DNA of 36,571 nt from Candidatus Doudnabacteria bacterium RIFCSPHIGHO2_02_FULL_42_25 (GCA_001777665.1 MFEQ01000006.1:90309-126879), one strand, 5' to 3'; positions 1 to 9,631 are shown, counted from the stretch's first letter. Numbers and translations are program-made. Notes: generated from the letters alone by a model not told the origin.

Positions 1-532
1 GGCCTTCGGCCATTGCCCCAGCTAATATGGCATTCTCGGTCGCGGTAACTGACGATTCTTCTAATATAATTTTATTTCCGACTAATTTCTCTGCAGAAAT
101 TTCGATAACTCCATTGGCTTGGGTAATAGCTCCCAAAGCTTCAAATGCCTGCAAATGTGAATCAATAGGCCGCTTCCCGATCGAATCCCCACCAGGGAAA
201 GACATGGTGACTCTTTTCATCCGCGCTAGCAATGCCCCAAGTAAAACAACACTGCCACGAAGTTTTGAAGTTAGTTCTGGGTTAAGGTCTGTTTTGTTAA
301 TATTGGCTGCAGTAATCAACACTTCGTGAGGGGAGACATTCATCTGGACCCCCAAATCAGCCAATAAATGAACCATGACTTGTTTATCAACAATCTCTGG
401 AACATTGGAAATCCTGCAGGGTTGTTCGGTTAGCAAACTCGCCGCAAAAATAGGAAACAAGGCGTTCTTGGATCCGGAGACTTTAATCTCACCTGATAAT
501 TTTTTACCCCCATTGATTATAAATTTAGCCAT
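1..532 (-). CDS. murA: UDP-N-acetylglucosamine 1-carboxyvinyltransferase MurA (5' part, runs off the window)
   Basis: Manual translation from ATG 532: MAKFIINGGKKLSGEIKVSGSKNALFPIFAASLL...KLRGSVVLLGALLAR...FPGGDSIGKRPID...SVTATENAILA; directly downstream of murB. Not in the ORF track. Confidence 0.95.
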   Translation of the reverse strand, partial: MAKFIINGGKKLSGEIKVSGSKNALFPIFAASLLTEQPCRISNVPEIVDKQVMVHLLADLGVQMNVSPHEVLITAANINKTDLNPELTSKLRGSVVLLGALLARMKRVTMSFPGGDSIGKRPIDSHLQAFEALGAITQANGVIEISAEKLVGNKIILEESSVTATENAILAGAMAEG

Positions 533-536
533 GAGC

Positions 537-1553
537 TTAGATATATAATACTTCTTCTTCTAACTTAACGCCAAATTTCATCAGTACGGATTGCTTAATT
601 TTGTCTGCCAAAGACTTAATTTCTTCGGCGCTCGCTCCTCCATAATTCATCAACCCCAGCGAGTGTTTGGGCGAAATACCGACATTCCCTTCTCTATAAC
701 CCTTACCAAATCCTGATTGCTCTATCAAATAAGCTGCGGATAATTTCACACTATCGGGCATTTCCCAAAATTGGTTCGATGTGGAATCACCAAACATGGC
801 TTTAATTTTTTCAAACTGCTCTTTACTGATAATCGGATTTTTGAAAAATGATCCAGCTGTTTTATAGCTCTCAAATCCTGGCATAATCACATATCCTTTA
901 CTCGCACGAATTTCAATTACAGCACGCCTCACTTCAGCTAAAGTTGGCACTTGCCCTGCAAATCTTTTCTGGATTTCTGGGTAAATTGCAGTTGCAGCCG
1001 ATCCTGGATGTAATTGCAATTCAAATTTAGTTATTATAAATTTGTTTGGGTGCCTTTTGAACCAACTATTACGATATTCAAACTCACATTCGGCAGCTGA
1101 AAATTCTTTAACATTTCCAGTTGCGACTTCAACCGCGTAGACGCTTGATACTAAATCTCCAATCGTCTGACCATAAGCTCCTATATTTTGAACGATGGCC
1201 CCAGCAGCGCTCCCCGGCACTCCAGAGAGACACTCAATCCCAGCCAAGCCCTGTTGAACTGCACTAGCGACCACATCATCCCAGTTTTCTCCTGCCCCGA
1301 CAGTTACCAATCCTGATTCATCTATAGTTAAACGTTTGAGCTGGTTGTGAATTACAACTCCATTAAAGCCTTGGTCGGAAACCAAAATATTGCTTCCACC
1401 GCCGATTATAAACACTGGCAACTTCTTGGCGCGAGCAAAATCCAAAGCCTCTTTCAGTTCTACTTCTGTCGTAACTTCAGCTAAATACAAAGCCGGCCCA
1501 CCGATTTGGAAGGTTGTTAAATCAGCTAATAATTGGTTTTGCTTCATGTTCAT
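537..1553 (-). CDS. murB: UDP-N-acetylenolpyruvoylglucosamine reductase MurB
   Basis: IGGGSNILVSD, GIECLSGVPGSAAGA, FEYRNS, TAGSFFKNP and LEEEV motifs. Confidence 0.96.
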   Translation of the reverse strand: MNMKQNQLLADLTTFQIGGPALYLAEVTTEVELKEALDFARAKKLPVFIIGGGSNILVSDQGFNGVVIHNQLKRLTIDESGLVTVGAGENWDDVVASAVQQGLAGIECLSGVPGSAAGAIVQNIGAYGQTIGDLVSSVYAVEVATGNVKEFSAAECEFEYRNSWFKRHPNKFIITKFELQLHPGSAATAIYPEIQKRFAGQVPTLAEVRRAVIEIRASKGYVIMPGFESYKTAGSFFKNPIISKEQFEKIKAMFGDSTSNQFWEMPDSVKLSAAYLIEQSGFGKGYREGNVGISPKHSLGLMNYGGASAEEIKSLADKIKQSVLMKFGVKLEEEVLYI

Positions 1554-1586
1554 AGGGCCTGAATATTTTACCAGAAAGCCAGAATA

Positions 1587-1615
1587 TTGAAAATGCCTTA
1601 CTTTTCAGGTAAAAT
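1587..1615 (+). promoter_or_regulatory. Putative sigma70 promoter for the PEGA-domain gene (divergent from murB)
   Basis: TTGAAA(1587)-N17-TAAAAT(1610). Confidence 0.5.
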
Positions 1616-1617
1616 AC

Positions 1618-2529
1618 ATGTTAGTCATGAGATTACGGAATCGATTTTTATTGGTTGGGAGCGGAGTGGTGGTATTTGTTCTAATTACCCCGATTTTGGT
1701 GTTGTATGCCCGCGGATTTAAGATTGATTGGGAAAATAAATCAATAGTTAAAACCGGGGCACTTGTCATCAAAACAGAACCGAATAAAGCGGACATCTAC
1801 CTGAATAATGAAAAGATTGATCAAACAACTCCAGTTAATATCCGATTTTTACCACCTAAAGATTATGACATTCGGATCGAAAAAGACGGTTATCAGCCCT
1901 GGATGAAACGACTAAATGTCCGTTCCCAACTAGTCACTTGGGCAAATAATGACAGAGAGTTCATAACTTTATTTTTAAAAAATCCAACGCTGCTCGATCA
2001 TATTGACACCGATGAAGCAGAAAAACTATTTAAAGTCGAGGACGATCTGAATCCGGAAGAACTTCAAAAAATCCTCATCGACCTCAATATATCTGTGCCT
2101 AATTTTACCACTCAAAAAATTATTCGCACCGAGAATCAAATTTACTTAATTCTCGATGATACTTTATACTTTTTAAACGACAGCTTAGAAAAAATATATT
2201 CTCCAGTGAATTTTGCGAATTGGAACAATGAAACAAGACAACTTCTCTACTCCAATACTAATGAAATTTATTTATACCAAGCTGATGGGAACAACTCTGA
2301 TCTCATTTTGCGCAGTATCACCCCGATCCAAATCCCGATTTTAAATCCTGAAACTGGATATTTATTCTACCAAAATGAGAATAAAATAAAAGCTGTCGAA
2401 TTGGACAGCCGCGATCTTCGTAATAATTATACGATTCTAAATTCTTCCGATGATTATAGAATTTCAGAAGACGGCACCAAACTTTATACCAAAAACGAAT
2501 TAGAAATCAAATCTTACCAAATCAGGTAA
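1618..2529 (+). CDS. Membrane-anchored PEGA-domain protein (start may be ATG 1627)
   Basis: N-terminal TM segment, then TGALVIKTEPNKADIYLN...YDIRIEKDGYQPW (PEGA-like); beta-rich C-terminus. Confidence 0.8.
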   Translation: MLVMRLRNRFLLVGSGVVVFVLITPILVLYARGFKIDWENKSIVKTGALVIKTEPNKADIYLNNEKIDQTTPVNIRFLPPKDYDIRIEKDGYQPWMKRLNVRSQLVTWANNDREFITLFLKNPTLLDHIDTDEAEKLFKVEDDLNPEELQKILIDLNISVPNFTTQKIIRTENQIYLILDDTLYFLNDSLEKIYSPVNFANWNNETRQLLYSNTNEIYLYQADGNNSDLILRSITPIQIPILNPETGYLFYQNENKIKAVELDSRDLRNNYTILNSSDDYRISEDGTKLYTKNELEIKSYQIR

Positions 2530-2932
2530 CGATCTCATCCAGGGCTTCATTGACTAGCTGGTCAGCTAGTTTATTTTTTTCGCGAGGGACATGGACAAAT
2601 TCCACTCGATTAAATTTCGCAGTCAAGCGCAAAGTATCTGCCGTTAAGGGTTTTAATCCTTCTTCTCGGACTTTGTATTTACCCGTTAGTTGCCTGACCA
2701 CCAGTTCCGAATCCAAGTGGCAAACCAGGTCTTTAGCACCTATTTTCAATGCTTCTTCCATCCCCGCAATCAATGCTTTGTACTCGGCTTGGTTATTGGT
2801 AGTAATTCCGAGATAATGTTTAAATCTCACCATTTCTTTCCCTCCCAAATCATAAATAACAAACCCAATCGCTGCTACACCAGGATTGCCCCTGGCACCC
2901 CCGTCAGAGTAAAGAATCACTTTATCGTTCAT
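2522..2932 (-). CDS. rnhA: Ribonuclease HI (archaeal/actinobacterial-like type)
   Basis: YSDGGARGNPG, TNNQAEYKALI, DSELVVRQL, HVPREKNKLAD; ATG 2932 overlaps the recJ stop (ATGA). Confidence 0.92.
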   Translation of the reverse strand: MNDKVILYSDGGARGNPGVAAIGFVIYDLGGKEMVRFKHYLGITTNNQAEYKALIAGMEEALKIGAKDLVCHLDSELVVRQLTGKYKVREEGLKPLTADTLRLTAKFNRVEFVHVPREKNKLADQLVNEALDEIVT

Positions 2933-4590
2933 AGAATTTTCGTATCCAAAATTTTTAATTGTAATGATTTGTTGCCATTCCATTCATTGGCTGTTAGCTC
3001 AAATAAACAGTCTATTTTATTATTGGGCTTTAGTGAATTGTTCAAAAATCCTTGACCAAAAGCGATCGCCTCTAAATTATGTTCTCCAAATTTCAATTTC
3101 AATTTGGCATGATTATTATTATTGCCAACTGTCCGGCATTCTAGTACCTCAAGATTTCTACCAATGAATTTGGGAATGGGATTGCCGTAACCGAATGGCG
3201 CTAACTTTTCCAAATATCCATAATTCTCCCAAGAAATATCACCGGGTTCCACTTCGGCATCCGCTAAAAGTACAGGGTCAGATAAAGTTAAATTCAGACT
3301 CTCGGCATACTCCAAAAGCCGCTGATGAAAACTAAGTAAATTGTCGCTCGACAAAGTAAATCCAGCGGCTTGAGTGTGCCCACCATATTTTTGCAGCAGA
3401 TCTTTTGAAGCAGTTAGCGCTGCCACGATATCAAATTCGGGCGTAGACCTCGCTGACCCAGTTGCCACGCCTTCGATGCTACTGATAGCTAAAACCGGCC
3501 GGTTATATTCCTCTGCGAGTCGCCCGGCCACTAACCCAACTACGCCTTTCGGCCAATCCTTACCGACCGCCAACAAAACCTTCTTGTCTAAAGAAAGTTC
3601 AACTTGAGCCTTGGCTTCACTTAAAACTTGATCAGTCAAAAACTGTCGATGCTGATTGAGCTCGTTTAATTCTACTGCCAAACTTTTGGCTTCTGCTTCG
3701 TTCTCTGCCACCAGTAACTTGAACGCCGTGTCGCCGTGTCGGATCCGGCCAGCAGCGTTAATTCTCGGAGCTAAAATAAATCCTAACGTAAACGTGTCAT
3801 ATTTCCGATCCTTCAATCCGCCTAACTCCAACATCGAGCGCAAACCTGGCCAGCGAGTTTTGGTCAAGACCTTAAGTCCAAAACCAACCAAAATCCGGTT
3901 TTCAGAAGTTAAACTATGACAATCAGCCACTGTTCCTATCGCGACTAAATCCAAAAGCCACTTTTCCCAACCATTATTTTTAAACAGGGCAGAAATTAAC
4001 TTAAATGCGACTCCAACACCTGTTAAAAATGGAAACGGATATTCATCGTGTGGATTTTTGGGATTAATTAAAGCAAAAGCTTTGGGCAATTCCCCAGTTA
4101 ATTCATGATGATCAGTAATAATTAAATCTACCCCCAGTTCTTTACAGAGCAAAGCTTCTTCCACCGCGTTCGTTCCACAATCGACTGTAATAATCAAATT
4201 CGTGTCGTTCGCAGCAATTTGATTAATCGCGTCCTTGTTTATGCCGTAGCCTTCTGAAAACCGATCAGGAATATAACACTCTGCCACTAACCCTAATTTT
4301 TTTAAACCTTGATACATCACAGTAGCTGCTGTAATGGCGTCAGCATCATAGTCCGCATAAATCGTGACTTTTTCTTTTTTTGCAATCGCTTCCTCGATTC
4401 TGGTCACGGCTCGCTGCATCTCGCGAAACAAGAAAGGATCATATAATTTGCCAAAATCCGGATTTAAAAAATCCCGAATTGCTTCAGGTTCGGTCAGTCC
4501 TCGCAAGGCTAACAACTTAATAATTAAGCTCGGATATTCAGGAAGTATTGCCTGTGAAGTTTCAAGTTGTTTTATCTTCCAATTTTTCAT
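2929..4590 (-). CDS. recJ: Single-stranded DNA exonuclease RecJ
   Basis: DYDAD, ITVDCG, TDHH, AIGTVAD, APRINAAGR, GSARS, GGHTQAAG. Confidence 0.96.
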   Translation of the reverse strand: MKNWKIKQLETSQAILPEYPSLIIKLLALRGLTEPEAIRDFLNPDFGKLYDPFLFREMQRAVTRIEEAIAKKEKVTIYADYDADAITAATVMYQGLKKLGLVAECYIPDRFSEGYGINKDAINQIAANDTNLIITVDCGTNAVEEALLCKELGVDLIITDHHELTGELPKAFALINPKNPHDEYPFPFLTGVGVAFKLISALFKNNGWEKWLLDLVAIGTVADCHSLTSENRILVGFGLKVLTKTRWPGLRSMLELGGLKDRKYDTFTLGFILAPRINAAGRIRHGDTAFKLLVAENEAEAKSLAVELNELNQHRQFLTDQVLSEAKAQVELSLDKKVLLAVGKDWPKGVVGLVAGRLAEEYNRPVLAISSIEGVATGSARSTPEFDIVAALTASKDLLQKYGGHTQAAGFTLSSDNLLSFHQRLLEYAESLNLTLSDPVLLADAEVEPGDISWENYGYLEKLAPFGYGNPIPKFIGRNLEVLECRTVGNNNNHAKLKLKFGEHNLEAIAFGQGFLNNSLKPNNKIDCLFELTANEWNGNKSLQLKILDTKIL

Positions 4591-4966
4591 TTTTTTTATC
4601 TAGTAATTCCTTCACCTTAGTTAAAATAACATTTGGTCCGGCCAAGCCCTTAATCATAAAAGTAACCTTTGTAAACTTTTCTGCTTTTTTCTTATCTTCT
4701 TCGCGGCCCAAATGCGAAAATAGAATTACAGGAACTTCTGCCATTATCGCATTATTGCGAAGATTCCGCACAAATTCAAATCCATCCATCCGAGGCATGA
4801 TGATCCCGCTAAAAACCAAGTCCGGTTTAAACTTTAGCGCGATGTCTAGTCCTTCTAGCCCGTCATTGGCTCCAGTTACATCATATCCTTTGTCTTTAAA
4901 AACCTGGAGGTACAAATCTTTCTGAACCAAATCATCATCCACCACTAATATCTTCTTTTTTGTCAT
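4562..4966 (-). CDS. Stand-alone CheY-like receiver protein lacking the phosphoacceptor Asp
   Basis: ILVVDDD...DGLEGL...PDLVFSGIIMPRMDG...PVILFS...FMIKG. Confidence 0.85.
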   Translation of the reverse strand: MTKKKILVVDDDLVQKDLYLQVFKDKGYDVTGANDGLEGLDIALKFKPDLVFSGIIMPRMDGFEFVRNLRNNAIMAEVPVILFSHLGREEDKKKAEKFTKVTFMIKGLAGPNVILTKVKELLDKKNEKLEDKTT

Positions 4967-6572
4967 AATCTTCGCTTTTTACTAATTGATCAAGCAAACT
5001 TACACCTGTCATTTCTGGCGGTTTCTGGGTGCCCATTAATTCTAGCATTGTTGGGGCCACGTCGGAAAGTACCCCGACCGGGATCATACTCGCTAAACCC
5101 GCAACTCCATCCTGCTTCGCATTTTTCAAGCGAAATTGTTCAGAGACTAAAATAAATGGCACCGGACTAGTCGAATGCTCTTTATCTATACCACCCGAAC
5201 GATGATCAATCAACTCTTCGACATTTCCATGGTCGGCAGTGATGATTAAACAAATATCTTCTTTCAAACAAGCGTCGGCAATTTTCTTAATACATTCATC
5301 AAGAACTGTGATTGATTGAATTGATGCATTCAAATCACCCGTGTGCCCGACCATGTCACCATTGGCAAAATTAATCAGATAGAAACTGTAATTTTCCGAA
5401 AACTTTGCAATCAATTCTTCAGTGACTTGCCGCGCTGACATTTCTGGCACATCCAAATAATTCTGATAATTCGAAGCCGGAGAACTCACTATTCGCCAGT
5501 CTTCTCCAGGAAAAGGTGTAGTTTTACCACCATTAAAAAATAATGAAACGTGCGCATATTTTTCTGACTCTGCGATATGGAACTGACGCAACCCCTGCTG
5601 ACTAATTATTTCAGACATGGTATTGGTTACATCTTTAGTCTGGAAAGCAACTTGTACGGGATAATCCCGACCAAATTCTGTCATCGTCACAAATAATAAA
5701 TTTTCTAGGTATTTTCGGGGTTGTTTAAATTTGTCTAAATCCGGAGAAACGAACGCTCTTGTAATTTGCTGGACTCGGTCGGGACGAAAATTAAAACAAA
5801 TCACTGCGTCATTACTTTCAATAAGCACAGGCTTGCCTCCTGATTGAACTATTACAGTCGGGACCACCATCTCATCATAAATATCCTGACTGTAGCTATC
5901 CTGAATTGCCTCCAGCGCCGAGTAGGCGGTTTTACCGATCCCATAAGCCATAGCTCGATAAGTTTGTTCGGTTAAATTCCAATGCTCACCACGATCCATT
6001 GCATAAAATCTACCAGTGATTGTAGCTATCTTTCCTACTCCCAATTCTTCAATTTTTTGGTTGAGTTTCTGAATTGTTTCAAGGGCGATTTGCGGTGGAG
6101 TGTCGCGTCCATCCAGAAACATGTGAATAAAAACTTGGGTCAGTCCCTGTTCAGCAGCCAGCCCCATCAGAGCGTACAAATGTTCGATATGACTGTGAAC
6201 CCCGCCAGTGCTCGCCAGTCCCATCAGATGCAAGGCCGAATTATTTTTTTTGACATGCTCGGCGGCGGCCAACAATACCGGATTCGTAAAAAAACTCCGG
6301 TCATCAATCGATAATGTAATCCGAGCCAAATCTTGGGCCACAATTCGACCAGCACCCAAATTTAAATGCCCGACTTCAGAATTGCCCATCTCTCCCCAGG
6401 GCAATCCCACAGTGGCTCCCGAAGCCTGCAATGTGCAAGCTGGAAAATTATTCACTAAATAATCAAAATTCGCCGGATGAGCCTGTGTCACCGCATTCCC
6501 TCTCGAATCAGTCGCGATTCCGAAGCCATCCAAAACAACCAAAACCATTTTTTTATAAGGTTTAAATTCCAT
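4935..6572 (-). CDS. gpmI: 2,3-bisphosphoglycerate-independent phosphoglycerate mutase
   Basis: LDGFG, GNSEVGH, DGRD, GRFYAMDR, NFRPDR, AESEKYAHV, NGDMVGH, TADHGN. Confidence 0.96.
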   Translation of the reverse strand: MEFKPYKKMVLVVLDGFGIATDSRGNAVTQAHPANFDYLVNNFPACTLQASGATVGLPWGEMGNSEVGHLNLGAGRIVAQDLARITLSIDDRSFFTNPVLLAAAEHVKKNNSALHLMGLASTGGVHSHIEHLYALMGLAAEQGLTQVFIHMFLDGRDTPPQIALETIQKLNQKIEELGVGKIATITGRFYAMDRGEHWNLTEQTYRAMAYGIGKTAYSALEAIQDSYSQDIYDEMVVPTVIVQSGGKPVLIESNDAVICFNFRPDRVQQITRAFVSPDLDKFKQPRKYLENLLFVTMTEFGRDYPVQVAFQTKDVTNTMSEIISQQGLRQFHIAESEKYAHVSLFFNGGKTTPFPGEDWRIVSSPASNYQNYLDVPEMSARQVTEELIAKFSENYSFYLINFANGDMVGHTGDLNASIQSITVLDECIKKIADACLKEDICLIITADHGNVEELIDHRSGGIDKEHSTSPVPFILVSEQFRLKNAKQDGVAGLASMIPVGVLSDVAPTMLELMGTQKPPEMTGVSLLDQLVKSEDYDKKEDISGG

Positions 6573-7789
6573 TATTTCTCCAAAACTTCGATTCCTGGAA
6601 GCTCTTTACCTGCTAAAAATTCCAACATCGCCCCACCGCCAGTTGATAAATGATCCACGAAATTTCCCACTTTTGCTTGATTCACAAGTTCTACTGTCTC
6701 CCCACCCCCGACGACTCCAAAGGCCGCACCTCTGGATCTGGCGGCAAAAGACATTGCAATCGCTTTACTCCCAAACGCATATCTTTTGTTTTCAAATAAA
6801 CCAAACGGACCGTTCCAAACCAAAGTTTTTCCAGTTTTGATAATTTTCGCAAACTGCCTAATCGATTCAGGACCGATATCGAAAATTGCTTCGTTCGGTC
6901 GAACCTTTTCAATTTTGGACAGTCTGGGCTTTGATTCTTCATCCGTAGCGACCACGACATCCAACGGCAAAACAATTTTGTCTTTGTAATGTCTTAGGAG
7001 TTTTTTAGCAATAGAGACATCTGTAACTTTTGATTTGCCCACTTCATAACCCAAGGCTTTCAAAAAAGTATTCGCGATCGCCCCGCCTAAAATTATTTTT
7101 GTTGCATGCTTCGCCAAATTAGTCAGCGTTTCGACTTTGTCGTCAATTTTGGCCCCGCCCATAATTACGATCATGGGTTGCTGTGGTTTGGTGATAACTT
7201 TTTTCAAAGCTTTGATCTCGCGCAGCAGGGCTATCCCTGCATAAGCCGGAAGTTTTTCCGCCAAACCATAATGCGAAGCGGATTTACGATGCGCTGATGG
7301 AAATCCTTCCTCCACGTAAATATCGCCATATTGGGCAAGGACTTTTACAAACTTCGTGTCGTTTTTTTGTTCTCCTGGATAGAACCGCAAATTTTCCAAA
7401 AATAAAATATCCCCTCCATTTATCTCTTTGCTTAATTCCGAACAATCATTTTTGATAATATTCGATTCCAAAAAGTTGATATGAGGAACTTTGTAATCTG
7501 GGAGCCGGTCTTCTATTTTTACCACTTTGATATTTAAAAATTCGCCCAGCTTTTGAGCGACTGGCCACATACTTTTATCATTATCCCAGTTATCTGGACG
7601 GCCCAAATGCGCCACAATTATGATTTTTGCTTTTTGTTCTATCAGATATTTCAAAGTAACCAGCGAATCTTTGATCCGGGTGTCATCAGCTACTTCCCAT
7701 TCTTCTTTCTTTATTAGTGGCACATCAAAACCAGCCCTGACAATTACTCGTCGACCAGCTACTTTTACATCCTTGATTGATTTTATCAT
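6572..7789 (-). CDS. pgk: Phosphoglycerate kinase
   Basis: HLGRP, LENLRF, GGAKIDDK, DIGPES, WNGPFG, GGGET, STGGGAMLEFL. Confidence 0.95.
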   Translation of the reverse strand: MIKSIKDVKVAGRRVIVRAGFDVPLIKKEEWEVADDTRIKDSLVTLKYLIEQKAKIIIVAHLGRPDNWDNDKSMWPVAQKLGEFLNIKVVKIEDRLPDYKVPHINFLESNIIKNDCSELSKEINGGDILFLENLRFYPGEQKNDTKFVKVLAQYGDIYVEEGFPSAHRKSASHYGLAEKLPAYAGIALLREIKALKKVITKPQQPMIVIMGGAKIDDKVETLTNLAKHATKIILGGAIANTFLKALGYEVGKSKVTDVSIAKKLLRHYKDKIVLPLDVVVATDEESKPRLSKIEKVRPNEAIFDIGPESIRQFAKIIKTGKTLVWNGPFGLFENKRYAFGSKAIAMSFAARSRGAAFGVVGGGETVELVNQAKVGNFVDHLSTGGGAMLEFLAGKELPGIEVLEK

Positions 7790-7812
7790 TCGGCGGTTAT
7801 TCTTTAATATAT

Positions 7813-7908
7813 TGTAGCGCGCCCATTTATGGGCTCGAGGGCTCGGCTACTCTAGAGCCGACCCGCCTGCCACGCCGGCATGGCGGGCAGGTGAATCGGC
7901 ACGCTACA
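7813..7908. repeat. GTAG-type REP/REPIN-like palindromic element with a nested 30-bp palindrome
   Basis: TGTAGCG...CGCTACA ends; internal hairpins GCCCATTTATGGGC and GCCGA|TGAATCGGC, the latter interrupted by CCCGCCTGCCACGCCGGCATGGCGGGCAGG (7862-7891). Confidence 0.7.
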
Positions 7909-7927
7909 GAGAACCCGTTCTAATAAT

Positions 7928-8107
7928 TTATCTCTTTCTTTTCTTTGTCACCGCATCCAAAATCATGAATCCGCGAGGAATTCTTTTTACGATCACTCGT
8001 TGTCTCTCGCGCCAACCCAAACTCCTTACACCTGAAGCTGGAAGCATAATTCCCAGTGACCCTTTGCCGATTCTGGTGACCTTTTTGATATTTGAATTTT
8101 TTGCCAT
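7928..8107 (-). CDS. AbrB/MazE/SpoVT-like DNA-binding protein, 59 aa
   Basis: Manual translation MAKNSNIKKVTRIGKGSLGIMLPASGVRSLGWRERQRVIVKRIPRGFMILDAVTKKRKR; swapped-hairpin pattern; below the ORF-track cutoff. Confidence 0.75.
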   Translation of the reverse strand: MAKNSNIKKVTRIGKGSLGIMLPASGVRSLGWRERQRVIVKRIPRGFMILDAVTKKRKR

Positions 8108-8113
8108 ATTTTT

Positions 8114-8135
8114 TCTACGTAGTTAACTACGTAGA
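8114..8135. promoter_or_regulatory. Perfect 22-bp palindrome, probable operator upstream of the AbrB-like gene
   Basis: TCTACGTAGTTAACTACGTAGA, 6 nt upstream of ATG 8107. Confidence 0.55.
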
Positions 8136-8141
8136 TCTTAA

Positions 8142-8438
8142 TTATTCTCTTACCCAACCTTCTGGGACATCACAGGGTGTTGGGAATTGCTTAATCTCGC
8201 CTGTTTGAGGATTTCTGGCTTCAGCGATGACCTGGATACAAACCTGGCCGTCATTCGATGTTTCTTCGGAATTTGATTTGGCTATAAAAAAATAATATCC
8301 GGCAGCCAAGACAGCGCCTGCTAATACAATCCCTAAAATTTCAGCCAGCAAATGCCTGGCAAACCAAGATTTATGGCTAATAGATTGGAGATCTGAAGCA
8401 GGTGTTCTATATATTATTTCGGGTTTCTGTTCGTCCAT
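8142..8438 (-). CDS. Single-pass membrane protein with a C-terminal Cys-pair motif
   Basis: TM segment followed by CIQVIAEARNPQTGEIKQFPTPCDVPEGW. Confidence 0.75.
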   Translation of the reverse strand: MDEQKPEIIYRTPASDLQSISHKSWFARHLLAEILGIVLAGAVLAAGYYFFIAKSNSEETSNDGQVCIQVIAEARNPQTGEIKQFPTPCDVPEGWVRE

Positions 8439-8447
8439 CGATTCTAA

Positions 8448-9506
8448 CTACTCCTTTCCGATCATTATTGCTTGTTCGACAAACCGATTCGCATACCCAA
8501 ATTCGTTATCATACCAAGCGACCACCTTTACCATATCTCCGTCTACTACTTGAGTCAGTTCGAGATCAACAATCGATGAATGGGGGTTGCCAATAATATC
8601 AGTGGAAACAATCGGATCATGAGTTACCTGCAAGATATTTTGCCATATTGGATTTTTCGCTGCGTCAATAAAAACTTGGTTGACTTCCGCAACGGTCACT
8701 TTCTTGTTCAAAATAAAAGTAAAATCCGAAAGTGAACCGACAGGAGTTGGAACACGGAAAGCCATAGCCGTCAAAAGGCCCTTAAGTTCTGGGAGTGCTT
8801 CTGTTGTAGCGATTGAAGCCCCACTGCTTGTCGGGATAATGTTTTCCGCAGCGGCCCGAGCACGCCTCATATCATTCGATTTGCCACCGGGAGGTGGTCC
8901 GTCCACCAAATTTTGTTCAGCTGTGTACGAATGAATAGTCGACATCATCATTTTCTTTACTCCAAATTTAGAATGTAAAATTGCGATTACAGGTGTAATA
9001 TTGTTAGTCGTGCATGAAGCGTTAGAGATAATTTTTTCTTCATTATATTTATTATGGTTTACTCCAATGATAAATGTCGGGGTAATACCCTCATCCTTCG
9101 CTGGAGCTGAAATAATTACTTTTTTTGCACCAGCCTTGAGATGAGCACTAGATGCTTCAGTCGTAATAAACCGGCCAGTAGATTCCAGCACGACATCGAC
9201 ACTCAAGTCTCGCCATGGTAAGGTAGCTGGGTCTTTTTCTGCAAAAATGGGATAGCGTTTACCATCAACGATAATACTACCCATGGAAGAAATCGTTTGG
9301 TTTGCTTTTTCCTGCTTATCATCACTTCCAACTTTTTTATCGTATGGACCGTAATTGGAATCAAAGCGCAACAAATGCGCCAGAACTTTTGGTTCAGTTA
9401 AATCATTGATCCCGACCACTTCTAATTCCGGTTTGGTGAGTGCGATTTTAAAAGCTTGGCGGCCGATTCGACCAAAGCCATTGATGGCAATTCGAATTTT
9501 TTCCAT
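8448..9506 (-). CDS. gap: Type I glyceraldehyde-3-phosphate dehydrogenase
   Basis: IAINGFGRIG, SNASCTTN, RRARAAAENIIP, WYDNEFG; start taken as MEKIRI (9506). Confidence 0.96.
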   Translation of the reverse strand: MEKIRIAINGFGRIGRQAFKIALTKPELEVVGINDLTEPKVLAHLLRFDSNYGPYDKKVGSDDKQEKANQTISSMGSIIVDGKRYPIFAEKDPATLPWRDLSVDVVLESTGRFITTEASSAHLKAGAKKVIISAPAKDEGITPTFIIGVNHNKYNEEKIISNASCTTNNITPVIAILHSKFGVKKMMMSTIHSYTAEQNLVDGPPPGGKSNDMRRARAAAENIIPTSSGASIATTEALPELKGLLTAMAFRVPTPVGSLSDFTFILNKKVTVAEVNQVFIDAAKNPIWQNILQVTHDPIVSTDIIGNPHSSIVDLELTQVVDGDMVKVVAWYDNEFGYANRFVEQAIMIGKE

Positions 9507-9511
9507 CGGTT

Positions 9512-9631
9512 TTATATATATTGAGTTAAGAATACGGTGACAAGGGTTGCCCAGATCAAAACGATAAAATATTCTGTATCGTTCGTGATCCATTTGTATA
9601 TTCCCTGCACATTGTTTTTCTTTTTGGCCAT
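9512..9631 (-). CDS. Small membrane protein, 39 aa
   Basis: Manual translation MAKKKNNVQGIYKWITNDTEYFIVLIWATLVTVFLTQYI; stop 5 nt before the gap ATG. Confidence 0.55.
   Translation of the reverse strand: MAKKKNNVQGIYKWITNDTEYFIVLIWATLVTVFLTQYI

Noticed and set aside
2933-2983. Longer RNase HI start
   Set aside because: It overlaps recJ; the ATGA-coupled start at 2932 fits the domain boundary.
9507-9593. N-terminal extension of GAPDH, and ORF 9556..9738
   Set aside because: GAPDH homology begins at 9506; the region is better explained by the 39-aa ORF and the palindromic element.
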